This document shows positions 1 to 10,720 of a stretch of 64,000 nt of DNA, piece by piece; the first letter of the stretch is position 1; each line of letters begins with the position of its first letter. Source of the DNA: Octopus bimaculoides. Lineage: Eukaryota. The stretch is from the NCBI RefSeq assembly GCF_001194135.2, contig NC_068981.1:93475406-93539405 (forward strand). Reading direction: 5' to 3'. The position numbers were made by a program, and so were the translations under genes. The notes under the pieces were generated by a model. It ran no database searches. It saw nothing but the letters and a program-made list of their open reading frames with translations, and had not been told where the DNA came from.

Positions 1-805
1 ATACAGAAGCGCCGACAGGGGACATCCCTGACGGACCGAACGCGTGATGTCGAACGGTTTTGACAGGTGACCGTTTACCCGTATTACCGATCGGATGCCG
101 CTATACAAGGCAGCGATCCAACCGCAGTTGACGGGACCAAAGCCAGCTGCCCTGAGGACGGGCGCCAGGTATCGATGGTCGACCCTATCGAAGGCTTTAG
201 ATTGATCTAAATTGATCAGCGCCCCACCCATGCCAGGATCCTTAACTACCCTGTCCATGATGTAGCGCATGAGGTGGAGGTTGTCATGGATACTTCTGCC
301 CGGCACGGCGCATGTTTGCGCCCTGTCGACCAGTTTATCGATGACAAGCGCCAACCTCTCGGCTATTACTTTGGCCAAAATTTTCAAATCTGCGTTGAGC
401 AGAGTGATGGGCCTGAAATTATCTATAAAATTCCCCTTGTTTGAGTCTTTCTTCAGCAATGTCACTGCACCTCGGCTCACGAAACCGGGAATTCTCGTTT
501 TGTTGCTAGTTGCAGTAGATTGATGCCAAGAGGTCGGCAAACAAGTCTGGCATTTGACAATACAGCTCGTAGGGTAGACCATCCAATCCAGGTGACTTAT
601 CCCTCGCGCAGCCCGCCATAGCATCCCTTACTTCAGCAGCTGTGATGGGACCCTCACAACACTCTGCCTCTCCCGCCGAGAGCCGCGGCAGGTAGGCAGT
701 GAAGTCCATCCTGCGTTCCGACCCACCGCTCGCACCGAACAGTCGAGCAAAGTGCTGTTGAAAGGCCCCACACATCCTTTCGGGTTCGAGCAAACTACAT
801 CCCTG
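1..805 (-). mobile_element. Tx1/L1-clade non-LTR retrotransposon, 5'-truncated ORF2 reverse transcriptase fragment (pseudogenised, runs off window start)
   Basis: Minus-strand translation gives KSPGLDGLPYELY, DNFRPITLLNADLKILAK, LDQSKAFDRVDH and QGCPLSALLY (RT domains 0-4). A TAG at 506-508 and a frameshift near 490 interrupt it. The 5' end abuts (GATA)n. Confidence 0.92.

Positions 806-806
<1 letters not shown>

Positions 807-858
<52 letters not shown>
807..858. repeat. (GATA)n microsatellite followed by N gap 859-1270
   Basis: Directly visible. Confidence 0.97.
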
Positions 859-1270
859 NNNNNNNNNNNNNNNNNNNNNNNNNNNNNNNNNNNNNNNNNN
901 NNNNNNNNNNNNNNNNNNNNNNNNNNNNNNNNNNNNNNNNNNNNNNNNNNNNNNNNNNNNNNNNNNNNNNNNNNNNNNNNNNNNNNNNNNNNNNNNNNNN
1001 NNNNNNNNNNNNNNNNNNNNNNNNNNNNNNNNNNNNNNNNNNNNNNNNNNNNNNNNNNNNNNNNNNNNNNNNNNNNNNNNNNNNNNNNNNNNNNNNNNNN
1101 NNNNNNNNNNNNNNNNNNNNNNNNNNNNNNNNNNNNNNNNNNNNNNNNNNNNNNNNNNNNNNNNNNNNNNNNNNNNNNNNNNNNNNNNNNNNNNNNNNNN
1201 NNNNNNNNNNNNNNNNNNNNNNNNNNNNNNNNNNNNNNNNNNNNNNNNNNNNNNNNNNNNNNNNNNNNNN

Positions 1271-1542
1271 ACAGTAATGTTCTCGTATAAAAAGAGGGGA
1301 GGACAGTTTAGGTTTAGCCGTGGAAAGAAAAGCCTACGGAAAAGACCACGGTAATCTTAGTCAATGTTGTCATTGTTATTGAAGGAACTATAACAGTAAG
1401 TGACTCTCTTTTGCCTTTTTGTTTTTTTTTCTGGATTTTTTTACTCCTTTATAGTGTTATGCTCAAGGTGGCCCCGTCATTCACACGTGCCATCCTTGCT
1501 ACATTCACCCATCTTTTTTTGAAACATTCACTAGACAAGACT
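1271..1542 (-). mobile_element. Probable Tx1-type 3' end: ORF2 C-terminus plus 3' UTR
   Basis: Minus strand reads VLSSECFKKRWVNVARMARVNDGATLSITL* (stop 1449-1451), resembling the F..W C-terminal motif of L1/Tx1 ORF2. The 3' UTR has a CCGTGG...CCACGG hairpin. The 5' end abuts (GACA/GATA)n. Confidence 0.6.
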
Positions 1543-1543
1543 T

Positions 1544-1563
1544 AGATAGACAGACAGACAGAC

Positions 1564-1634
<71 letters not shown>
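1544..1634. repeat. (GACA)n(GATA)n microsatellite
   Basis: Directly visible. Confidence 0.97.
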
Positions 1635-3414
1635 ATTAAGTCTCAATGAAACGTGGAAAAACAAGATTACGTTAAGAAAATTTTAAATGTTTTAACTGTC
1701 GCTTGCGAAAACATGATGACATTTTGAGAAAGTATAGAATGCTCCCGAGCTTGCAATTAAACAAAGTTTGAGGAAATGATTAGTTTTAATTAAAGGTGGA
1801 GGTTAAATCGATGTTTAGCAGTTTGTGTGTTTGTTACTATTTATTGTTGTGTACAACGTCACTTCCGTTGAATAGTTGTTATGGGCTTCCGTCTGTAAAT
1901 GGTAACGGTCTTTCAGTTTCTGGAAGCTTTAATGTTAGAACTTAAGTCTGCCTTTACGTTAATTTCTTTGCAGCGCGTGAAATTTCGTAATTTCAAACGG
2001 AAGAATAGTTTCGTTACAATGTATTTGTTTTAATAATTTTTAAATGTTTATAGATTTTAGGTGGAAATATTAGTTTAAATTCTATATATACTTGTTTATT
2101 CAATAGTTACGTGTTTAGTTCGAGTTTTTCCCAAGTGACAAATATTTCATGCCTTCGATTAATAATAGTTATTCAGTTTGTTCGCACTAAACTTTTCATT
2201 TATGTTATTAATTTTTCATAATTCGGATTTTTTTTTTGTCATATCTATATTATTTTATTGTATTATATTTTTATCTATATTTTTAATAGGCAATTATTCG
2301 GCTACGTTTATTTTTTTATTATTAGGCATATATCTAATAGATATTGAGCAATGCTTGTGTTTTTCCTTCGCACATGGTTTGGGGACATGATCGAAGATAT
2401 ATATATATATATTGTTCCACTAGTTTAAATTCGGTACGTTTTTGGTCTGGTTTCATGCGTGAGATATGTTATTAAATGAGAAACAACATATCTATTAGTC
2501 TATATCCGCTAATTAATCGAAAGTTTTGAGATTCTAGTCCGCAGATATTTTGACGTAACTTTTTTTTCTACTGAACCAAATTTCAAACTATTTATGCCAA
2601 AGTGTAGCTGAGGGGGTGTCCTCTTTAAAACTATTAACAGTTTGCAATTTAGTTGACAACTGAATTAGTGGTGAAGCTTGGAAGCTCCTGCGATTAACGA
2701 AATGGTGGACTTAAGAATAATATAGTGAACAATTACCGTGGTTGAATGATTAACTGAAACACGTGGATCTTTAGTATGGCTCTGGTTCTTGAACCTACTC
2801 CATATGCCACCGTTTTTCTCACCGATCTTAGTTCTATACTTATTATTCCTTATATTGTTTTTATCATTTCTGTGTATCGTTCGTTCAGCAGGCTTTGCTG
2901 AATACGTTTAGTTTGCTCGCGCTATTTTATACAGTAGCCTTTTCGGATCATATTGTCCATTATAGGAGGAATGATTTGTTTTATAGATATCTTCTTTTAA
3001 TTTCTAGCTTTATAGCTATAATTTAAAACTATTTTCTTTATATTCAATGTTATTTATAATAATAAGCAGGTTTTGGCATAATGTGCATATTACACTATTG
3101 TTTCACTCCTGCTTAATGTTTGTTGATACCCAGACAGCGTCTATATCTTTAACACCGCCGGATTAAATGGTATATCCCAGATGTCGAAATAATAATGATA
3201 ACAGTTAGGCAGTTAAAAATGGGAATATGTGTTTGATATTTTTGCTCGAGAATCATTTCTATTTGGGATCTCGTTGTTCTGAGCTATCCTTCACTCTCAT
3301 AAGTTTTGAGGTACCATGTGTATGGTGATTACATATACTGATATTGCTTGATTGACTTCACAGATAATCTTATAAGGCTAGAGTAATAGCTTCTAATTTT
3401 GGGAGGCTCCGTGG

Positions 3415-3480
3415 CATATATATATACGTGTGTGTGTGTGTGTGTGTGTGTGTGTACACACACATAGTAAACATACATAC

Positions 3481-3512
<32 letters not shown>

Positions 3513-3950
3513 GGATGTGAGTGTGCGTATTACATACGTGCATGCTTTTGTACTTCTACATTCTTCATAAATAGAATTCCTTTGTGACCAATAAAACAAT
3601 CTATATATGAGTGTGAACGCGCGTGCTTGTATGTAGAGATATATAATGATACATAAACAGGCAGTCACAAGGCGAAGAGAGAGAGAGGGGGGAGATTGGG
3701 GGAGGAGAGGGAGGGAGGAGAGGGAGGGAGGAGAGATGCTTAGACAGATAGAAAGAAGGAGAGAGAGATGGATATGAATATCAATTCAGCAAAGATTGAA
3801 TAGAATAGCGTCTATGCCTGATACATACATACAAACATACATACATACATACATGCATACATACATACATACATACATGCATGCATGCATACGTACATAC
3901 ATACATGCATGCATGCATACGTACATACACACACACAAACAAACATATAT
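3415..3950. repeat. Compound microsatellite field: (TG)n, (TA)n, (GA/GGA)n, (ACAT/GCAT)n
   Basis: Directly visible; explains the spurious YIYI/VCMY ORFs. Confidence 0.9.
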
Positions 3951-5141
3951 AAATTGAGTGAGAGTGTGTTGCATGTAGAGGAAGTTTTAGCAGAGAAAAA
4001 GAACCTAGTTACATCGGAGAGTAGTTACTAAGAAGTTAAATAAAAATATACGCAGGTGTATAATTCGAGGATTAGATGGTTGCGTGTATATATATTGGAG
4101 CGTTTTCCTTCGAGATAAACATTCATTTTCTTGAATGTAGCGGGGTGTACGGATTAAACAGAACGCAAAAAATAAAGGAAGGAAGACAACATCAAAAGAG
4201 ATAAGAGATAGCAGAAGAGAGAGAGACAGAGAGCAGAGAATGTCACAGAGGAAGAGAAAAGACACAAAGAGAAGGTGAGTGAGAGAAAAAGAAGAAAGAA
4301 AAGGAGAGAGAGAGTGGTAGAGAGATATTGAACAATTTTAAAGGCGCATTTACAGTATAAAAAGTAGGAATGGTATGAACTTCGTCTCTATGACAACTCG
4401 CCTACGTCATCAGTGATGGTTCAAAGTAAAATATATACGAAACAGGTGATCTAAGGTGAGATTTTATGCCACATAACAAAGGGAATTGAAAGAAATCTTG
4501 TAAACAAAATATATGGCGAAGTTGGGCTGTAACAAATTCTTTAAATAGATGAATGAATGAATGAATAAATAAATGAATGAATAAATAAATATATAATCAC
4601 AAATAAATAAATAAATAAATAGATAAATAGATAAATAAATAAACAAGCATTCGGTTTAGGGAATGAAATGCAAACATTTTGTGGAGAAAAACATCAATGA
4701 GTGAAAGAAGGAAGGAAGGAAAACAAGCCTAAATAAGAATACAAGACAAGTCAATATAGAAGCTACTACCTGGTTGTGCGGCTTGCTAGAAATAAGTACC
4801 AGACAAGCATCACAACCTAAGTCTACCAACTTAAAATAATAAGAAAAGAGGCATTGGATAACGTAGTCCTTACATACCATTGCAAGGAAATAAGTCGAAA
4901 TCTGGAACATATTTGACCATATTTGACCATATTTGATCACAGATAACTTACAGCGAAGCAACACTAGTGTATGTATCCAAATAAGTCTTTAGTTGGTCAG
5001 CCGATCTGACAGAAATAGCAGCCAATTGTCTCTCAAATAGCACAATAGACAAGAAACTCAATGGATACACGAAATAATGTGGTCTTAGGATACACTATAT
5101 GTTTAGATTACATAGTGTGGTCAGAGTTGAAAACTTTATAA

Positions 5142-5222
<81 letters not shown>

Positions 5223-5978
5223 NNNNNNNNNNNNNNNNNNNNNNNNNNNNNNNNNNNNNNNNNNNNNNNNNNNNNNNNNNNNNNNNNNNNNNNNNNNNNN
5301 NNNNNNNNNNNNNNNNNNNNNNNNNNNNNNNNNNNNNNNNNNNNNNNNNNNNNNNNNNNNNNNNNNNNNNNNNNNNNNNNNNNNNNNNNNNNNNNNNNCT
5401 CAAAACGAATCAGTAGCGGCATAGACTTCAGAACGATAGGTTGGGAATCTCTTATCTTGGTAATGCTTGCTGAAGAAGCTAAGGTTTATTTTGCCAGTGC
5501 AGAAACTAGTCCACGTGAATCCAAATACTTAAATATATATATATTATTCAAAGGAATTCCAACTTTGTCTGTTTCTTTTTTATGTTTTTTTAATGTTTTA
5601 TTTATATTCTTATAGGATATAGAATATATGGTATATATAGTAAATATAGTAAAATGAAATGAAGTATTGATAGTCTTACTGAATAAATGAAATATTGAAT
5701 ATCAAATATTAAAGGACTACTATACTTTCTTGCATTTAGGCAATCTCCAAGGTGTCAGGTTGTGACAGGAATGTTTCAACTGTAGTTGATTGGCTGTCTT
5801 TTTTCCTTTATATATGTTTTTGTGCACAGCAGTAGTAGTTTTTTGGCTATATTTAGAGATGATGCCAAACCATTTTTCAATGTCTATTTTTAGAAATGAT
5901 GACAGCAGTACTTTTTAGAGATTTTAGTGTTTTAGTTATAGAGATAAAATTTTTAAGCCCCAAATAAGATTAATTTAA

Positions 5979-6730
5979 TCATTGTTTGTTAAGCTTGTGT
6001 TTGAATTTCTTAATAAAGTCCTTTTCTCTTAGTTTTCTCTCAATTTCATTCAGGTTGTAAAGTTTATGAAATGGAAATATCATAAAAGTTTTCCGACCAC
6101 ATGTTGCCAGATGGTTACTCAGTGGTATTTGGCGAACTTTTGGATTTTTAATTTGTTGTCAATGCACATGCGAGCCTTCTGATAGTGCATTACCTGTCTG
6201 GCCAGCATACAGTTCTTCACAATTTGAGCATTTGATGCAGTAGATTAAATTTCTACTTTTGCAGTTCATGTCCGCGTTTGTGAATATTTTCCCTGTTTTT
6301 GTGTTCATATTTGGGCCGGTATGAATTGATTGGCATGTACCGCATCGGCTATCATTGCATTTAGACACATTGAATGGTTGACCTTTGTTGCTAAGGTCAA
6401 ACCTTGCCTTTGTTAATAACTTTTTCAAGCTTTTAGGCTGTCTGTTACTGAGAGTTATACTTTGATCTGTAATGATATTTCTCAATTCCTTACTTTGTGC
6501 AAGGATTGGTAAGTTTGCTTTAGCGATATTGAAGACGTTCTGGTGGTATGGATTGTGTGTCACAATAATTGGTATGATTTGTTCTTGTTTTTCTCTTCTT
6601 TGTGGTGTCCTCAGTTGTTGTATGGGTATTTTCAAAGCCCGCTGAATACCATTTTCTATAAGTAGTGACGGGTATATTTGTTTCAGCAGAAATTCTGTCG
6701 GTTTCATCAGGCGCTGATTTCTGGTCTTTN
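5979..6730 (-). mobile_element. Penelope-like element, linker plus GIY-YIG endonuclease remnant
   Basis: ORF 6159-6707 has IPIIVTHNP, CNDSRCGTC and CKSRNLIYCIKCSNCEELYAGQTG (GIY-YIG). It reads through a TGA (likely CGA>TGA) into QQIKNPKVRQIPLSNHLATCG...KHKLNKQ* (stop 5979-5981). The upstream part is lost in a gap. Confidence 0.9.
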
Positions 6731-7315
6731 NNNNNNNNNNNNNNNNNNNNNNNNNNNNNNNNNNNNNNNNNNNNNNNNNNNNNNNNNNNNNNNNNNNNNN
6801 NNNNNNNNNNNNNNNNNNNNNNNNNNNNNNNNNNNNNNNNNNNNNNNNNNNNNNNNNNNNNNNNNNNNNNNNNNNNNNNNNNNNNNNNNNNNNNNNNNNN
6901 NNNNNNNNNNNNNNNNNNNNNNNNNNNNNNNNNNNNNNNNNNNNNNNNNNNNNNNNNNNNNNNNNNNNNNNNNNNNNNNNNNNNNNNNNNNNNNNNNNNA
7001 TTTACTTTACTTTATATTATACTCATTTATTGTGCTTTTAATTATTAATTTTTCTATATGTGATAGTGGATTTTCATCGATGAGTTCTTGATAATTGGTT
7101 ATTTTCCCTAAAACTATATATTTTATATATACTTTATCTTTAAGGCTCAATTTAATTTTAATTTTTTATAAATTGATTTTAATTGAGTTTTTTGCCTGTA
7201 ATTTTGGATTTTGTCCCTAATATTATTATTATATATATATATATATATACACACACACATTTCCTGTGTCCTTATGTTTATGAGGGGGAGACAAGCACCT
7301 CCACCAAGCCCAGCC

Positions 7316-7368
7316 TGCATTCAGGGTCATGTTTCTGAGTCTTTGCTCGTCATCAGCCTGAAGTAGCA
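7316..7368 (-). ncRNA. Type I hammerhead ribozyme fold (probably inactivated, U16.1>A)
   Basis: Minus strand: UGC-UAC-UUCAGG CUGAUGA c GAG CAAAGA CUC a GAAA CAUG A C CCUGAA U GCA. Stem I has 6 bp, a bulge and 3 bp. The core is canonical, but the cleavage triplet is GAC instead of GUC. Confidence 0.75.
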
Positions 7369-7449
7369 CGACCAGCTGGCTGAAGATGCCTGTCAATCTC
7401 TCACAAACATATATATTTCTAGTGAAATCCACATTCACAGATTACAAAA

Positions 7450-7659
7450 ATTAGAAATTATCTAATTATAAATCTCACAGAAAGACTTAAGCAGCAGTGT
7501 TACGATAAAACTGCTTTATTTAGCCCTTCCTAGGGATAAATAGCAGCAGCATGATTCCCTTATTGGGACTGTCACGTTAAGTTGACAGTATACAACTGCT
7601 TTATCGTAACACTGCTGCTTAAGTCTCTCTGTGAAATTTATAATTAGATTATTTCTAAT
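7450..7659. mobile_element. MITE with about 60-bp terminal inverted repeats
   Basis: 7451-7509 TTAGAAATTATCTAATTATAAATCTCACAGAAAGACTTAAGCAGCAGTGTTACGATAAA matches the reverse complement of 7600-7658 with 3 mismatches. Confidence 0.85.
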
Positions 7660-7784
7660 ATATATATATATACTAGAATAAGCACCACAATAAAATTGTC
7701 CGAGGAACGGGAACCTGTGATACTGTGTGTCTGTGTATTTGCCCTGTCGGTATTTACATTGGGAGCCCTTCGCATCGAAGATCG

Positions 7785-7843
7785 GTGATTGTCGTACGCT
7801 GACGAAAGGTAAATACCCAGAAATCCGGGTCCGTGCGTATCAC
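7785..7843 (+). ncRNA. Extended type I hammerhead ribozyme, copy 1; predicted cleavage after C7831
   Basis: Stem I CGUACG(7793-98)/CGUGCG(7832-37) plus distal GUGAU/AUCAC. Core CUGACGA 7799-7805, loop 2 UAAAUA, GAAA 7820-23, stem III AUCCGGGU, GUC triplet. Stem II is weakened by an A.C mismatch. Confidence 0.75.
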
Positions 7844-8141
7844 GTCAGATCGACGATGGGAAAGATGACTTCCCTTTGCAAATACCAACAGAGCACAGAA
7901 AGTGTGTCAATAGACAGCTAGAGGAGATGTTCTCCTGGGGCTACAAGCTACAGTAGCATTCAGCCTTAGGGGTTAGCCGCATTTAATTGGCAAATATACT
8001 TCACGTTGACGTGCAGCTACTGTTTATACCTCGTTCAGAGATTTATTATTGCCTGTTTACACTTTTTTAAGATCAGTGAATTTTCGTCACTGCAAAAAGG
8101 ATATATGTATTTGCATTGGGAGCCCTTCGGATCGAAGATAG

Positions 8142-8200
8142 GTGATTGTCGTACGCTGACGAAGGGTAAATACCCAGAAACCCGGGTCCGTGCTTATCAC
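8142..8200 (+). ncRNA. Extended type I hammerhead ribozyme, copy 2; predicted cleavage after C8188
   Basis: GUACG/CGUGC stem I plus distal GUGAU/AUCAC. CUGACGA 8156-62, a-GGG-UAAAUA-CCC-a, GAAA 8177-80, perfect palindrome ACCCGGGU, GUC triplet. Confidence 0.82.
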
Positions 8201-8420
8201 GTCAGATCAACGATGGGAAGGATGACTTCCCTTTGCAAATNNNNNNNNNNTTATCACGTCAGATCAACGATGGGAAGGATGACTTCCCTTTGCAAATACC
8301 GACAGGGCACAGAAAGTGTGTTAATAGCCAGCTGGAGGAGATGTTCTCCTGCAGCTACAAGCTACAGTAGCATTCACCCTTAGGGCTTAGCCACATTTAA
8401 GTCGCAAATATACTTCACGT

Positions 8421-9279
8421 ATATATATATATATATATATACGTATGTGTTTATATATGTGTATATATACAGATGGGTGTGTATGTATGTGTGCGTATAT
8501 GTATATGCATATATATNNNNNNNNNNNNNNNNNNNNNNNNNNNNNNNNNNNNNNNNNNNNNNNNNNNNNNNNNNNNNNNNNNNNNNNNNNNNNNNNNNNN
8601 NNNNNNNNNNNNNNNNNNNNNNNNNNNNNNNNNNNNNNNNNNNNNNNNNNNNNNNNNNNNNNNNNNNNNNNNNNNNNNNNNNNNNNNNNNNNNNNNNNNN
8701 NNNNNNNNNNNNNNNNNNNNNNNNNNNNNNNNNNNNNNNNNNNNNNNNNNNNNNNNNNNNNNNNNNNNNNNNNNNNNNNNNNNNNNNNNNNNNNNNNNNN
8801 NNNNNNNNNNNNNNNNNNNNNNNNNNNNNNNNNNNNNNNNNNNNNNNNNNNNNNNNNNNNNNNNNNNNNNNNNNNNNNNNNNNNNNNNNNNNNNNNNNNN
8901 NNNNNNNNNNNNNNNNNNNNNNNNNNNNNNNNNNNNNNNNNNNNNNNNNNNNNNNNNNNNNNNNNNNNNNNNNNNNNNNNNNNNNNNNNNNNNNNNNNNN
9001 NNNNNNNNNNNNNNNNNNNNNNNNNNNNNNNNNNNNNNNNNNNNNNNNNNNNNNNNNNNNNNNNNNNNNNNNNNNNNNNNNNNNNNNNNNNNNNNNNNNN
9101 NNNNNNNNNNNNNNNNNNNNNNNNNNNNNNNNNNNNNNNNNNNNNNNNNNATATATATATATATATATATATATATACTTTATATATGTATTTATATATG
9201 TGTATGCTTGCATACATACATACATGCATACATATATACATACATACTAACATACATGCATGCATACATACATACATAA

Positions 9280-9310
<31 letters not shown>

Positions 9311-9665
9311 CAACATGCGTACATACATAAACAAATGGAAGGTGGGAAATACAAGTGTGTATTTAGATGTAGCAATCTATTTGTCTGTTCGTTATCCAAT
9401 TTATGCATTTATCAATTTGTGTATACATGTGTGTGTGTGTGTGTGTGTTTGTGTGTGTCTGTCTGTCTGTGTGTCTGTGTGGCTGTCTGTGTGTATCTGT
9501 GTCTGTGTTACTGTATGTGCGTGTGTATGTGCGCGAATGTGTACAAATATACGTCATATATATATTGTGAGAGACAGACAGACACACATACAGATAGACA
9601 CACAGACGGACAGAGACCGAGAGAGTTAGGGGGAGTGTGGTTAGAAGATGGAGGAATGAAAGGCA

Positions 9666-9702
<37 letters not shown>

Positions 9703-9720
9703 AGGAAAGAAAGAAATGAC
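8421..9720. repeat. (TA)n/(TACA)n/(TG)n/(GAAA)n microsatellite field with N gap 8517-9150
   Basis: Directly visible. Confidence 0.9.
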
Positions 9721-10261
9721 CAAAGAGGTACAGTGAGAGAGAGAGTTGGTCAAAAGGGATGGATGGAAGGGAGTATGGGTTGTATTTTAGAGCAGAAATA
9801 TCTACTCATCTAAGGGATTTGGGTTCAATAAAGAAATAAATCAACTTTGATGTGTTTCAAACAAAAAGAAATTCGTTCGATCAACAGATAGGAATTGATT
9901 GGTGAGAACATTCTTGGAAAATTAATTAGAAAATATTTCCAAATACTTTGAGTTGTACATAAATTGAAGTTTCAATAGATTTTTTTTTTTTTGCACTGCA
10001 TATGCATCTGCAACGAAGGCACACGTGACCGCGTGATTAGATAATTTGCTTTGAAACACATGTGGCAGCGGATTCAATCTCGTCTTGCACGATTCTCTGT
10101 TATGAGTTTTCTGGCAAAGGTGATAGGTTGTGTGAAAGAATTTGTTGCGTGTGTCATGTGTACATCCATTCTTACTTGCTTATCTACCTACTTGTCTACA
10201 TACATACATACATACATACATACATACATACATACACACATACACGCATACAACGAAAAAA

Positions 10262-10720
10262 AATACCGTGTTGGAAACAGATATACGAAAATTACACGCT
10301 GCGTTTTTGTTTGTGGATGACATAAAACATTATGCAAAGAATATGCATGAGATGAAAAAGAGCCTTGGCCTGGTTACATTCTCAAAGGATGTAGGGTTGG
10401 AGTTTGGTCAGGATAAATATTGTTATATGGTTGTGAAAAAGGGGAAACTATAAACCAAACTAGTAACATCTCCATCAATGATTTGACTGTGTCCCCTGTA
10501 TCTGCCGAGGAATGTTAAAAGGGTGAATGAAAACATATCTTACATTGGCACCTGTAACAAAGCACGTGTCACTAAAAGAAAATTACAGTCGAATAAAGAA
10601 AATTTGGACCTCAGAACTCTCGGCATTCAATAAAACAGTGGTCCACAACGTGTTGGCAGTGCCAGTACTCACACCAACATTTGGGCTACTTGAATGGAGG
10701 CTTGATGAGATCCGTGACGT
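10262..10720 (+). mobile_element. R4/Dong-type (RLE) LINE RT fragment, degenerate
   Basis: Frameshifted pieces: FLFVDDIKHYAKN, FSKDVGLEFGQDKYCYMVVKKGK, YYSRIKKIWTSELSAFNK, AVPVLTPTFGLLEW. Confidence 0.8.

Larger units (their letters stand above)
7750..8420 (+). mobile_element. Partial tandem array (about 1.7 units, 357-bp period) with one hammerhead per unit: candidate non-LTR retrozyme
   Basis: About 260 bp at 7750-8006 is repeated at 8107-8420 (the second copy includes a 10-N gap with a 47-bp overlap). Each copy contains a hammerhead motif. Confidence 0.75.

Noticed and set aside
269-523. 84-aa plus-strand ORF
   Set aside because: Antisense shadow of the Tx1 RT fragment
2560-2618. TTAA-AGAGGACACCCCC end suggestive of a Kolobok-type TIR
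   Set aside because: No matching opposite end found
4375-4420. Minus-strand CTGATGA...GAAG
   Set aside because: GAAG instead of GAAA, and no stems I or III
6660-6716. Minus-strand CTGATGA...GAAA inside the Penelope ORF
   Set aside because: No stem I or stem III pairing; a coding-sequence coincidence
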